From the NCBI GenBank assembly GCA_030586555.1, contig JAURAC010000015.1, forward strand, positions 1 through 64,000: a stretch of DNA of 64,000 nt, written 5' to 3'. The notes beneath the pieces are model-generated. The model searched no databases. It was not told the DNA's origin and saw only the letters and a list, made by a program, of their open reading frames with translations. This document shows positions 1 to 9,849 of this stretch, one piece after another (positions within the stretch are counted from its first letter, which is position 1; each line of letters starts with the position of its first letter). A program made the position numbers and the translations under genes. Source of the stretch: Candidatus Subterrananammoxibius californiae. GTDB taxonomy: Bacteria > Planctomycetota > Brocadiia > Brocadiales > Subterrananammoxibiaceae.

Positions 1-825
1 AGAATAGAAAAGCACCGATGCCGATAGTCCCGGTATCCGTCCAAAATACCTATTTGAAATGGAATATATGGTATAGCAGAGTATAATTCCTAAGATTAAG
101 TTCATTACTTTAATAGTTATTTCGTTATGAAGCATGTATCCAAAAAGAAAATACATTTGTACGTTTTTGGCTGAAAAAGTGCCTCTCACTTCAGGAATGC
201 TCATCAGTCCATGGTTATCAGCATATACTCTTAATGGAAATAATCTATAGACAATTGGGTCGGTTCCGATTTCTGGTCCTAACGAATGAATAAAGCTCAC
301 AAAAAATAATACGGAGAAATAAAAGAGCAGAAAAATAACAAACGCCTTTTGCCAGAAGGACGCACTCGATATCTCATTATAGAAGTTCAATACCTCTTCT
401 TTTAGCAAGTTGAGGAGCCCGCGTATGCGGTCAATCGTAAGACATGTAACACCTGCAAGGATTGTATAAAAAATAAAGGAATATAAAAAGCCAATGAGCG
501 CCAGAAAGAGGGATAGAAATGAGATTAAAATAAATCCAAATGCAAATGAGAGAAAGATATTCTCACCGTTTCTTATGCCCTTTAAATGAGAGATTTGCAA
601 GACGAAATTACCGACAGCATAAGTTACCAGAATGACCCAGCATGCAAGGAAAATATCAATAATTCCGCACTGAACGAAGAACCTGTAAGGAAAGTAATCT
701 AACAATCCTGTTAAATCTCCTTTCCATAACGATGGAAAATAATAGGCGAAAACAAGGATACTCCAACCAAAGAAAAAAGCATATTTTAAATAAGCAGACG
801 CAGTACCTTTGTGTTGTTGGTTCAT
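1..825 (-). CDS. Multi-pass membrane protein, partial (runs off the window); possibly a GT-C-type glycosyltransferase
   Basis: Hand translation from ATG at 825 stays open through the part checked (MNQQHKG...), with many hydrophobic stretches and a 'PEIGTDPIVYRL' loop. It follows the wzm/wzt cluster. Confidence 0.6.
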   Translation of the reverse strand, partial: MNQQHKGTASAYLKYAFFFGWSILVFAYYFPSLWKGDLTGLLDYFPYRFFVQCGIIDIFLACWVILVTYAVGNFVLQISHLKGIRNGENIFLSFAFGFILISFLSLFLALIGFLYSFIFYTILAGVTCLTIDRIRGLLNLLKEEVLNFYNEISSASFWQKAFVIFLLFYFSVLFFVSFIHSLGPEIGTDPIVYRLFPLRVYADNHGLMSIPEVRGTFSAKNVQMYFLFGYMLHNEITIKVMNLILGIILCYTIYSISNRYFGRIPGLSASVLFYS

Positions 826-841
826 AAGTGTTTTTTATTTG

Positions 842-2683
842 TTAAGTCTTTATTAATCCCATCTTTTTACCAAGTTTGTACAATTTTGTGTTTTTTAATG
901 ACCGCAGTTCCTTTTGCAGTTCAGCCACTGAGTTTGTTTTCTTTTTTATGTCTTCTTGTAATTGTATAATTGATTGGTCCTTCTCCTGTAAGAGTTGGTT
1001 TAGTGTGTGCAATAAGGCAATTTTATCCTTTAGTTCCGCATCTAACTTTACAGCCCATTTTGTTTTCTCCTCTAATTCGTGCTGTAAATGCCTTATATAT
1101 TCATTTCTCTCTTTCAACTCTACGTCAAGTTTTAATGCCCAGTTTGTACGTTCCTCGTATTCTTGTCCGAGCTTTGAGAAGGCTTGATTGCCTTCTTTTA
1201 ATTTTGAGTCTAATTGCGAAGCCCACCTTGCCTTTTCATCAAACTCATGTTGTAGTTTGCCGAGATACTTGTCCTTTTCCTTCGATTCTGCATCAAGCTT
1301 TAATGCCCATTTTGTTCGTTCATCATATTCTTGTCTGAGCTTTGAGAGGGCTTGATTACTTTCTTTTAACTTTGAGTCTAATTGTGACGCCCACCTTGCT
1401 TTTTCCTCAAACTCATGCTGTAGTTTGCCGAGATACTTTTCTTTTTCCTTCAGTTCTGCATCTAACTTTAATGCCCATCCTGTGCGCTCATCATATTCTT
1501 GCCTGAGTTTTGAAAGGGCTTGATTGCTTTCTTTTAACTTTGAGTCTAATTGTGAAGCCCACCTTGCTTTTTCCTCAAACTCATGTTGTAGTTTGCCGAA
1601 ATAGCCTTCTTTTTCCTTTAATTCGGCATCGAGCTTTAATGCCCATTTTGCTCGTTCATCATATTCTTGTCTGAGCTTTGAGAGGGCTTGATTACTTTCT
1701 TTTAATTTTGAGTCTAATTGAGATGCCCACTTTGCCTTCTCATCAAACTCTTTTTGAAGTTTACCTAAATATTTTTCTTTTTCCTTAAGTTCAGCATCTA
1801 ACTTTAATGCCCATTTTGTGCGTTTATCATATTCTTCTCTGAGCTTTGAGAGGGTTTGATTGCTTTCTTTTAACTCTGCATCCAGTTTAATAGCCCACTC
1901 CGTTCGTTTATCAAGTTCTTTTAGCTGTTCTTGAAGCGCTTTTATGTGACCTTCCTTTTCCCTGAGGATATTGGCTTCTGACGGGATGTAGAATAACCTT
2001 TTTATTTCAGGTGCACTTTTTGTATCTTGATAGCAGACCGCAATAAAGTAACTTGGGGTTTCAAAGAAGTTATCTGTCGCAGATATACCTGCATTTTGAG
2101 GGTAATAAATGTATCCTTTTTTACACTGAGGTGAGCTGATGGATATTCCTGGACAGTGATTTTCAGTTAGGATTTGCACCTGCTTGAAAAACTCTTTTAG
2201 CAAGTGTTTAAACTCATCATAATAAAATTCATGGGTATGGTAAGGATTAGTTTCACCCTTTTCTTCAGCGTACCTTTTGTTTGGCGTAGAGAGTATAAAT
2301 ATACCATCGTCCATTAATACCCTTTTGGCTTCCCTTATAAATCCTGTATAATCTTTAATATGTTCAATTACTTCAAAGGATACCACTACATCAAATGACT
2401 TATTAGGAAATCCGAGCCTTGAACAGTCCCCTGTAAGAAAGGACACATTTGTAGTATTGAAGTGTTTTTTTGCATAACTGATTGCATCACTTGAAATATC
2501 TACGCCAACAACCTTGCAGGCGACTTCAGCCATAACCTTTGAACCGTAGCCAGTTCCACACCCGAGGTCGAGGACTTTTTTGTCTTTTATAAATTGTTTT
2601 GCAAATAGGTAGCGGGATACATGTTCATTATATAAGTCGCTATCTACCTGTCCCGGAATGATTCTTTCGCATGGTGTACTCAT
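842..2683 (-). CDS. Class I SAM-dependent methyltransferase with a long C-terminal coiled coil (WbdD-like glycan chain terminator candidate)
   Basis: VLDLGCGTG motif, 'FEVIEH' and 'STPN'; about 11 repeats of 28 aa; directly downstream of wzt. Confidence 0.8.
   Translation of the reverse strand: MSTPCERIIPGQVDSDLYNEHVSRYLFAKQFIKDKKVLDLGCGTGYGSKVMAEVACKVVGVDISSDAISYAKKHFNTTNVSFLTGDCSRLGFPNKSFDVVVSFEVIEHIKDYTGFIREAKRVLMDDGIFILSTPNKRYAEEKGETNPYHTHEFYYDEFKHLLKEFFKQVQILTENHCPGISISSPQCKKGYIYYPQNAGISATDNFFETPSYFIAVCYQDTKSAPEIKRLFYIPSEANILREKEGHIKALQEQLKELDKRTEWAIKLDAELKESNQTLSKLREEYDKRTKWALKLDAELKEKEKYLGKLQKEFDEKAKWASQLDSKLKESNQALSKLRQEYDERAKWALKLDAELKEKEGYFGKLQHEFEEKARWASQLDSKLKESNQALSKLRQEYDERTGWALKLDAELKEKEKYLGKLQHEFEEKARWASQLDSKLKESNQALSKLRQEYDERTKWALKLDAESKEKDKYLGKLQHEFDEKARWASQLDSKLKEGNQAFSKLGQEYEERTNWALKLDVELKERNEYIRHLQHELEEKTKWAVKLDAELKDKIALLHTLNQLLQEKDQSIIQLQEDIKKKTNSVAELQKELRSLKNTKLYKLGKKMGLIKT
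986..1909 (-). repeat. Intragenic 84-bp (28-aa) tandem repeat, about 11 units, alternating A/B to give a 168-bp super-repeat
   Basis: Units alternate ERxxWALKLDAELKEKExYxGKLQHEFx and EKAxWASQLDSKLKESNQALSKLRQEYD. The last unit is degenerate. Confidence 0.9.
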
Positions 2684-2686
2684 ACC

Positions 2687-4033
2687 TTAGCCTTCCTTCA
2701 GCCTTAAGCCTGTTTTTTCTTCAGCCTCAGAGATTGCGGCTTCCACACGTACCGAAAACTTAACCAATCCGTACATTGCACTAACGGCTTTAAAGACTTG
2801 TAAGGCATAGGCATTTTCAATCCAGTCGCATATTACGTAATCATCCAAATTTCCGTTAGCTACAGCAGGCGAAATTGAATAGTTACCTGCGTGCAGCAGT
2901 GGCAAACTCGTGATGAAATCCACTGTGTATACCTGTCCCTTTTTGGCAGAGTGTAAAGGATTTCCTTCAAGTACTGTATTAGTCCCTGTTATATCTACGC
3001 CATTTTTATTCCTGAACATAAAACCAAAAATGGGTTTATCTAAGTCTTCATTCATTATTGCAGAGATGCGAATTAGGATTGTTTCCCCGTGTGCCGTTGA
3101 CTCAATTTTGTTGCCTTGCGTATCGTAGACAGCGATGCCTATAATTTCTGCCCGCTTGTCACCGTAACGATAATCAATATTGGGTATATTATGTTCTATC
3201 TTTTGTGAATGCGAAAAATCCCCCCTCTCTCCCCCCTTTGATAAAGGGGGGGCAGGTGGGATTATATTTGGAATTGAAGATGTTTCGATGTCTTTCATAG
3301 AAACCAGCGAAAGATATTTTGCAACAACTTTATCTGGAGTGCCAATCTCCAAGAGTCTACCCTTGTCTATTAAAACAGCCCTGTCACAGAGACTTTTAAC
3401 CGCATTGGGGTCATGCGAGACGAAAAGGATTGTTTTTCCAGATTTCTTAAACTGGTCAATCTTATGCATGCAACGGTGTTGAAAGAAAACGTCTCCGACA
3501 GAAAGGGCTTCGTCTACTATTAGTATTTCAGGGTCAACATTAATAGCCACGGCAAATGCGAGTCTTACATACATACCGCTGGAGTATGTTTTTACAGGTT
3601 GGTCAATGAACTCTCCTATATCGGCAAATCGTTCAATTTCGCTAAAGCGATTTTTCATTTCGCTTTCACTAAATCCAAGGATTGAGCCATTCATGAAAAC
3701 GTTCTCTCGCCCGGTAAACTCAGGGTTAAATCCTGCCCCCAGCTCAAGCAGCGCAGATATCCTGCCGTTAACCTCAACACTCCCCATTGTTGGGATTATT
3801 GTACCTGCAATTATTTGGAGCAGGGTACTCTTGCCGGCGCCGTTTTTACCGACTATCCCGAATGTACTTCCCTTTTCTACATCAAAGCTTACATCTCTTA
3901 GTGCCCAGAATTCCTTGTGAAACCTTTTTCTTCTCCCGAAGATATTTTTTACAAAGGCTTCCTGGAGCCGATGAAGGGGTTTTTCGTAAATTGGATATTT
4001 CTTAGAAACGTTTTTAACGGCGATTGCAGTCAT
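2687..4033 (-). CDS. wzt: Polysaccharide ABC exporter ATP-binding subunit with C-terminal Wzt_C carbohydrate-binding domain
   Basis: GKNGAGKST, YSSGMYVRLAFA, DEALSVGD and a C-terminal beta domain. Start placed at ATG 4033; TTG 4054 is an alternative. Confidence 0.92.
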   Translation of the reverse strand: MTAIAVKNVSKKYPIYEKPLHRLQEAFVKNIFGRRKRFHKEFWALRDVSFDVEKGSTFGIVGKNGAGKSTLLQIIAGTIIPTMGSVEVNGRISALLELGAGFNPEFTGRENVFMNGSILGFSESEMKNRFSEIERFADIGEFIDQPVKTYSSGMYVRLAFAVAINVDPEILIVDEALSVGDVFFQHRCMHKIDQFKKSGKTILFVSHDPNAVKSLCDRAVLIDKGRLLEIGTPDKVVAKYLSLVSMKDIETSSIPNIIPPAPPLSKGGERGDFSHSQKIEHNIPNIDYRYGDKRAEIIGIAVYDTQGNKIESTAHGETILIRISAIMNEDLDKPIFGFMFRNKNGVDITGTNTVLEGNPLHSAKKGQVYTVDFITSLPLLHAGNYSISPAVANGNLDDYVICDWIENAYALQVFKAVSAMYGLVKFSVRVEAAISEAEEKTGLRLKEG

Positions 4034-4050
4034 TGACAATATGCGTTTTT

Positions 4051-4842
4051 TCAAACGACATCCGAAAATGCAGTTTTAGCCTTGCCAAAGAACCCATAGC
4101 CAGCGCAAAAGATTGCTATAATAAAGAATGAAAGTACAATTAACCGAACAAAGTCGGGCAGTTGTCCTTCTATTATTATTAACCTGTAAGAACTTACTAA
4201 CGTGGCAAGGGGGTTTAATAATATGAATTTGAACTTTTCTGGTACCATTGATTCCGGATACATGATGGGCGTCAAGAACATCCATGCCAGAAGAACAAGC
4301 CCAATAATATGAGATATGTCCTTGATAAACACGCCTAAACTTGCAATAAACCAGCTCAACCCTATGGTCAGTAGTAATTGTAAGGACATTAAAAGGGGAA
4401 GAAAGATAAGCGTCCAATGAAGCTGTAATTTAGTTATAAGGACTATTATAACCAGGATGATAGAACCAATAATTTGTGTAAATAATCCAGAGAGCGCTAC
4501 ATACACTGGTAATGTTTCTAATGGAAATACAACCTTTTTGACCAGATTGGCATTCTCGCTAATGATTGTAGCCGAACGACTAACGGCATCGCTAAACGCC
4601 GTCCACGCTATCATGCCACAAAAGGTATAAATTGCAAAATTCAGGAGGCCTCCTTCGTTACCGAACCTGATTTTGAGTATGCCAGAAAAGACAAATGTAT
4701 ATATTCCTAATATTACAAGTGGATTGATTACAGTCCAGAAGGAACCCAAAATTGACCCTTTGTATCTACCGGTAAAGTCCCTTCTGACATAACTCTTTAT
4801 GATACTTCCATGACGTAACAATGACTTAATTATCAATAACAA
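4051..4842 (-). CDS. wzm: Polysaccharide ABC exporter permease
   Basis: RYKGSILGSFW..INPL, LVKKVVFP and NPLA motifs; about 6 TM segments; upstream of wzt. Confidence 0.92.
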   Translation of the reverse strand: MLLIIKSLLRHGSIIKSYVRRDFTGRYKGSILGSFWTVINPLVILGIYTFVFSGILKIRFGNEGGLLNFAIYTFCGMIAWTAFSDAVSRSATIISENANLVKKVVFPLETLPVYVALSGLFTQIIGSIILVIIVLITKLQLHWTLIFLPLLMSLQLLLTIGLSWFIASLGVFIKDISHIIGLVLLAWMFLTPIMYPESMVPEKFKFILLNPLATLVSSYRLIIIEGQLPDFVRLIVLSFFIIAIFCAGYGFFGKAKTAFSDVV

Positions 4843-5005
4843 TTCTAATACCCCTTAAAAACATAAATTTTATATTAAAGACTTCAATGAGTCAAGGGGT
4901 AATAACGGTTGCGATGTTAATGCACCCACCCCAAAATAGATATTGACTAACTAATCTTTTAAAATATACGTTGTTGTGAGAACCTGAATGATGTATATGT
5001 ACTCG

Positions 5006-5092
5006 GGGTGGCATGGACAAATTCATTTGTCCGTGCCCGCACGGATAAACAAGCATGCCATGGCGACATGCCGTGGTTTATCCGTGCCACCC
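5006..5092. repeat. Family A REP doublet (GGTGGCATGGACAAA-n4-TTTGTCCGTG and an inverted partner with a nested insert)
   Basis: Other family A copies at 20464-20514, 45875-45935, 54931-54960, 55554-55584, 56239-56268, 56384-56464, 57238-57268 and 58027-58056. Confidence 0.85.
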
Positions 5093-5106
5093 TTTACCCC
5101 ACTTAG

Positions 5107-5160
5107 GTAGCCGCAGACTTCAGTCTGCGCAATTAACGCAGGTTAAAAGTCTGCGGCTAC
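5107..5160. repeat. GTAG-headed inverted doublet (GTAGCCGCAGAC...GTCTGCGGCTAC)
   Basis: Terminal inverted repeat with an internal hairpin GCAGACTTCAGTCTGC. Confidence 0.75.
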
Positions 5161-5342
5161 AAGTGTGTTGCAGGCAATGAAGAGTTTCAATGTCTATTTT
5201 CGGGGACACAAAAAAACCTTGAAGAAATTCTTCTATAAGATTATTATAAAGAATTTGGCTATGCAATTATTTTCTTCTCCTGCCTTCCGATTACGATTGC
5301 GGGAACGAAGTCGACGGTAGCTGCATGCGGAGTGCGGAATTC

Positions 5343-7910
5343 ATGTCTGCAAAAGAGTACATCCTCATTAGAGGGGCAAGGGAACATAATCTTAAGGGTA
5401 TAAACGTTGATATACCCCGGGATAGCCTTGTTGTTATTACAGGGGTGAGCGGCTCCGGGAAATCTTCGCTTGCATTTGATACCATTTATGCCGAGGGACA
5501 ACGCAGGTATATTGAAAGTCTCTCTTCTTACGCACGTCAATTCCTTGACCAGTTATGCAAACCAGATGTTGACCATATCGAAGGTCTCCCTCCTGCAGTT
5601 GCCATCGAACAACGGGCAAGGGCTTCAAGTCCTCGTTCTACTGTAGGCACAATTACGGAGGTTTACGATTACCTGCGGCTTCTATTCGCAAGGGTTGGGA
5701 CGCCGCATTGTTACAAATGCAGCCGTCCTATTACAAAACAGTCCCCGGAGCAGATTGTTCAGAAGGCAACAGAAATTCCGGTTGGCACAAAGGTAATGTT
5801 GCTGGCGCCATTAGTTAAGGCAAAGAAGGGAGAGCACAAGGAGGTTTTTGAGGCTATCCGGAAGGCAGGCTATATCCGTGCAAGGATTGATGGCAAGGTG
5901 TTCGATATCGCAAATGCACCCAGATTGAGCCGCCACAGGAGGCATGATATTGAAGCTGTGGTTGACCGCATGTTAATCAAAGAAGGCATGCAGACAAGGC
6001 TTTATGAATCTATCCAGCAAGCCCTTGAACTCGGCAAAGGCGTAATGATACTTGCTGCCGAAAAGAACGGTAAGTGGAAAGATACCCTTTTCAGTCAGCT
6101 TTTTGCCTGTCCGCAGTGTGGTATAAGTTATGAAGAGCTTGCCCCGCGTATGTTTTCATTTAATAGTCCTTACGGCGCTTGTAAAAGGTGCGACGGGCTT
6201 GGGGTTATAAGAGTCGAGAGTCTGGAGTCAGGGGTCTGGAGTCAAAAGACTCACGACTCAGGACTCACGACTCAGGACTCAATTTGCTACGAGTGCAATG
6301 GTGCCAGGCTTCGCCCTGAGGCGCTTGCTGTACGTATATGTGGCAAGTCAATCAACGATGTTGTCTCTATGGACGTCAAAAGTGCACTTGCCTTCTTCCG
6401 CTCTCTTTCTTTCAAGGGAGAAAAAGAGATAATTGCAAAACAAATCCTCAAAGAAATAACCAACAGGCTCTCGTTCATGATTGATGTTGGGCTTCACTAT
6501 CTTACACTTGCCCGCACCGGTCCTACCCTTTCAGGTGGTGAGGCGCAAAGGGTACAACTGGCAACGGAGGCTGGTTCTGGTCTTGTTGGCGTATGTTATG
6601 TTCTGGACGAACCAACAATCGGACTTCATCAAAGGGACAACGAACGTTTGCTTCGCATTCTTACACAGTTAAAGGAACTGGGAAATACCATTATTGTAGT
6701 TGAGCACGACGAGGCAACCATTCGTAGTGCCGATTATGTCATTGACCTTGGTCCTGGGGCAGGGGAACATGGTGGAAGAATTGTATCCCAGGGCAGTATT
6801 GATGAAATTATGTTAAAGGACGAGTCCCTTACAGTAAAATTCCTAAAGCGTGAGCTTGAAATAGAAACCCCCAGAATAAGAAGGAAGCTCTCTCTCAAAA
6901 AAGCCATTGAAATAAGGGGTGCAAGAGAAAACAACCTGAAGTCTATAAATGTAAAGGTACCTCTGCAGGTATTTTGCTGTGTGACGGGGGTCTCTGGTTC
7001 CGGCAAAAGCACCCTTGTTGACCAAATCCTGCACAGGGCTCTTGCCAGGACGCTTTATGGAAGTAAAGCAAAACCGGGCGCTCATGACAAGATTATCGGG
7101 ATTGAATTGATAGACAAGGTAATTGAGATTGACCAGTCCCCAATCGGGCGTACCCCAAGGTCAAATTCCGTTACTTATACCAACGTTTTTAATCACATCA
7201 GGAGTGTACTGGCACGTACAAGAGAGGCAAGGGTACGTGGATACAGCGCTGGGCGATTTAGCTTTAATGTTAGCGGTGGCAGGTGCGAGGCATGTAAGGG
7301 GCAAGGTATCAGGAAGGTAGAAATGCACTTCCTGCCGGAGATGTACGTGATGTGTCAGGAATGTAAGGGGAAAAGGTATAATCGTGAAACACTTGAGGTG
7401 ACGTACAAAGGCAAAAGTATTGCAGATATCCTTGATATGTGTGTGGAGGAAGCTCATAACTTCTTTAGAAACATTCCTCAAATCGAAAGAATAGTGAGAA
7501 CCCTGCGTGATGTAGGACTTGGATATATGCGGCTTGGGCAGGCAAGTACAACACTTTCGGGTGGTGAGGCTCAGCGTGTAAAGTTAGCTGCTGAACTTGC
7601 AAAGCGTGCTACAGGAAAAACGCTTTATATACTTGATGAGCCTACTACCGGACTGCATTTTGCCGATATTAAAAATCTCTTAAATATACTCACTCGTCTA
7701 TGCGATATGGGAAATACGGTTTTGGTTATAGAGCATAACCTTGATGTTATCAAAACCGCCGACTATATTATAGACCTTGGTCCTGAAGGAGGGGAAGGTG
7801 GGGGAGAGGTTGTTGCTGCAGGTACACCGGAGGAAGTAGCGTCGGAAGAAAGGTCATACACGGGTAAATATCTTAAAACATTATTAGGAGCCACGCGTCA
7901 TCAGTCTTGA
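5343..7910 (+). CDS. uvrA: Excinuclease ABC subunit A (short form lacking the insertion domain)
   Basis: Two ABC domains (GVSGSGKSSLAFDT, GVSGSGKSTL), two LSGGEAQR motifs, zinc fingers and a UvrB-binding region. Start placed at ATG 5343. Confidence 0.95.
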   Translation: MSAKEYILIRGAREHNLKGINVDIPRDSLVVITGVSGSGKSSLAFDTIYAEGQRRYIESLSSYARQFLDQLCKPDVDHIEGLPPAVAIEQRARASSPRSTVGTITEVYDYLRLLFARVGTPHCYKCSRPITKQSPEQIVQKATEIPVGTKVMLLAPLVKAKKGEHKEVFEAIRKAGYIRARIDGKVFDIANAPRLSRHRRHDIEAVVDRMLIKEGMQTRLYESIQQALELGKGVMILAAEKNGKWKDTLFSQLFACPQCGISYEELAPRMFSFNSPYGACKRCDGLGVIRVESLESGVWSQKTHDSGLTTQDSICYECNGARLRPEALAVRICGKSINDVVSMDVKSALAFFRSLSFKGEKEIIAKQILKEITNRLSFMIDVGLHYLTLARTGPTLSGGEAQRVQLATEAGSGLVGVCYVLDEPTIGLHQRDNERLLRILTQLKELGNTIIVVEHDEATIRSADYVIDLGPGAGEHGGRIVSQGSIDEIMLKDESLTVKFLKRELEIETPRIRRKLSLKKAIEIRGARENNLKSINVKVPLQVFCCVTGVSGSGKSTLVDQILHRALARTLYGSKAKPGAHDKIIGIELIDKVIEIDQSPIGRTPRSNSVTYTNVFNHIRSVLARTREARVRGYSAGRFSFNVSGGRCEACKGQGIRKVEMHFLPEMYVMCQECKGKRYNRETLEVTYKGKSIADILDMCVEEAHNFFRNIPQIERIVRTLRDVGLGYMRLGQASTTLSGGEAQRVKLAAELAKRATGKTLYILDEPTTGLHFADIKNLLNILTRLCDMGNTVLVIEHNLDVIKTADYIIDLGPEGGEGGGEVVAAGTPEEVASEERSYTGKYLKTLLGATRHQS
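6211..6280. repeat. Heptamer inverted array (GAGTCnn x5 - AAAA - GACTCnn x5), in frame inside uvrA
   Basis: gagtcga gagtctg gagtcag gggtctg gagtc aaaa gactcac gactcag gactcac gactcag gactc. Confidence 0.85.
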
Positions 7911-8069
7911 CACTTGGGTATTGATTTATTCTCAAAAAGATGGTAGGGTATAGGCGAAATGGTGAGTAAGAAAATTTGTAAATTGAAAATTGTTGATTTT
8001 AAAATTTAAATTTTGCAATTTTCATTTTCCAATTGGGAGTTTTTTTGCCTTTTAACCTATTAACATAGT

Positions 8070-9776
8070 ATGAAGATAAATGCGGTAATTTTTGATTTGG
8101 ATGATACCCTTTACGACTGTACCGGATTATTGGTAGAAGCCTCGCGAAGGCGCGCTGCAAAGGCTATGGTAGAGGCAGGTTTGCCATGCACCGAGGAATA
8201 TGCCTATCAAATGCAGAAAACGCTGTCCGAGAAGTACGGTCCTTACTATCACGTCTTTGATGAGATAGCAAAAAAGTATAATATGGGCCGTACTTTGGTG
8301 GAGCGAGCCCTCCATGCATACAATAGCGGCAAGGTTGCAAATATAAAGCCGTTCCCTGACGTAATTCCCACATTGAAGCAGTTGAAATCGGACGGTTACA
8401 AATTGTTCCTTGTTACTACAGGGGTGCATGAACGTCAGGAGAAAAAGATAGAACTGCTTGGTCTTAGTCCTTATTTCGATAGGGTAGTTATTAATGACCA
8501 GGAGGTGGGTCTTTTACTTGAGGAAGCATTTCGTGATTTATTGGAGGACTATGATTTAAGTCCCAATGAGGTGGTTGTTGTTGGTGACCGTATTGGCGAA
8601 GAACTTCGAATTGCCAAGGGTTTGGGCATGTTTGCAGTGCAAATGTTGCACGGGAGGTTTAAGGTAGAAACTGCCATAGATGTATCAGCGAAACCAGATT
8701 ATAAAATAAAACAAATCTTCCAGCTTCCTGTAATCTTGCGTTTGATAGATAAAGGGAAAACTCATGACAGACTCAGGATACTTGCCATTGGGGGCGGAAC
8801 GGGTCTGCCCATTGTTCTTGAAGGTCTCAAGACCTATAGTAGCAACCTTACAGCCGTTGTTACAGTCACAGATTCTGGCAGGAGTTCTGGCATTATAAGG
8901 GAGGAGTATGGCGTTCTGCCTCCGGGTGATGCCCGTAATTGCCTCGTAGCGCTATCAGAAACAGATGAACAGCAGAAAGACCTTTATCAACTCTTTCAGT
9001 ACAGGTTCAACAGGGGGTCATTAGATGGCATGAGCCTCGGAAACCTACTAATGACAGCGCTTGCTGACCTTACAGGTAGTTTTGAACAAGCGATAAAGAA
9101 GGCAAGTAAGATTCTTGCAATTAAGGGTAAGGTTTTACCGTCCACCTTAGAAGATACTCATATCTGCGCAGAATTAAGCAATGGAACAATCGTTGAGGAG
9201 GAATTCAATGTTCGCATACCTGGAAAAGCGCCCATTAAAAGGGTATTTTTAAAATCCAGTAACGTTGAACCGCTTCCTGAGGTTCTTGAAGAAATCAGCA
9301 AGGCGCACATAATAGTCATTGGACCCGGCAGCCTTTACACGAGCGTAATACCTAACCTGCTTGTCAGGGGTATGGGAGATGCAATAAGGAATTCCAGGGC
9401 TGCAAAGATATACGTATGCAATATTGTAACTCAACGTGGACAAACGGACCATTTCAGTATTTCCTCTCATATTAAGACTGTCATTGATTATATCGGAGAC
9501 GGTGTTATTGAGTATGTGCTTGTTAATAATTATCTTCCGAGGAAGGAAATACTTGAAAGATATGAGAAGGAGGGGGCTCAGGTGCTAAGGCTTGATGACG
9601 ACAATGAGCTAAAGAAGCTTAATGTGAAAACCATAGCAACAGACCTCGTCGAGGATATTGACCAGCCGCGCATACTCTGGGAGAAACAGGACTATTTAAG
9701 ACACGACCCCGACAAATTGGCAGATTCAATTTGCAGGATATATGCCGGTATTCCCTTACCAGAATTGGTAAGATAG
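8070..9776 (+). CDS. HAD-family hydrolase fused to a YvcK/GlmR (UPF0052, CofD-like) domain
   Basis: N-terminal FDLDDT and VVGD HAD motifs; C-terminal IGGGTG, DSGRSSG, PPGD.RNCL, GPGSLYTS and RHDPDKL. Confidence 0.85.
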   Translation: MKINAVIFDLDDTLYDCTGLLVEASRRRAAKAMVEAGLPCTEEYAYQMQKTLSEKYGPYYHVFDEIAKKYNMGRTLVERALHAYNSGKVANIKPFPDVIPTLKQLKSDGYKLFLVTTGVHERQEKKIELLGLSPYFDRVVINDQEVGLLLEEAFRDLLEDYDLSPNEVVVVGDRIGEELRIAKGLGMFAVQMLHGRFKVETAIDVSAKPDYKIKQIFQLPVILRLIDKGKTHDRLRILAIGGGTGLPIVLEGLKTYSSNLTAVVTVTDSGRSSGIIREEYGVLPPGDARNCLVALSETDEQQKDLYQLFQYRFNRGSLDGMSLGNLLMTALADLTGSFEQAIKKASKILAIKGKVLPSTLEDTHICAELSNGTIVEEEFNVRIPGKAPIKRVFLKSSNVEPLPEVLEEISKAHIIVIGPGSLYTSVIPNLLVRGMGDAIRNSRAAKIYVCNIVTQRGQTDHFSISSHIKTVIDYIGDGVIEYVLVNNYLPRKEILERYEKEGAQVLRLDDDNELKKLNVKTIATDLVEDIDQPRILWEKQDYLRHDPDKLADSICRIYAGIPLPELVR

Positions 9777-9786
9777 TTGCGGGTTT

Positions 9787-9848
9787 TGACCCTCAACCCT
9801 TGACTCCCAACTCTCAACTCATCGCTCATAGCTCATTACTTATCACTC
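9787..9848. repeat. Intergenic heptamer run (GACTCTC/AACTCTC/GCTCATA-like)
   Basis: Similar runs at 10979-11010, about 30581-30612, 36759-36825, about 55521-55551 and about 57271-57307. Confidence 0.6.
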
Positions 9849-9849
9849 T

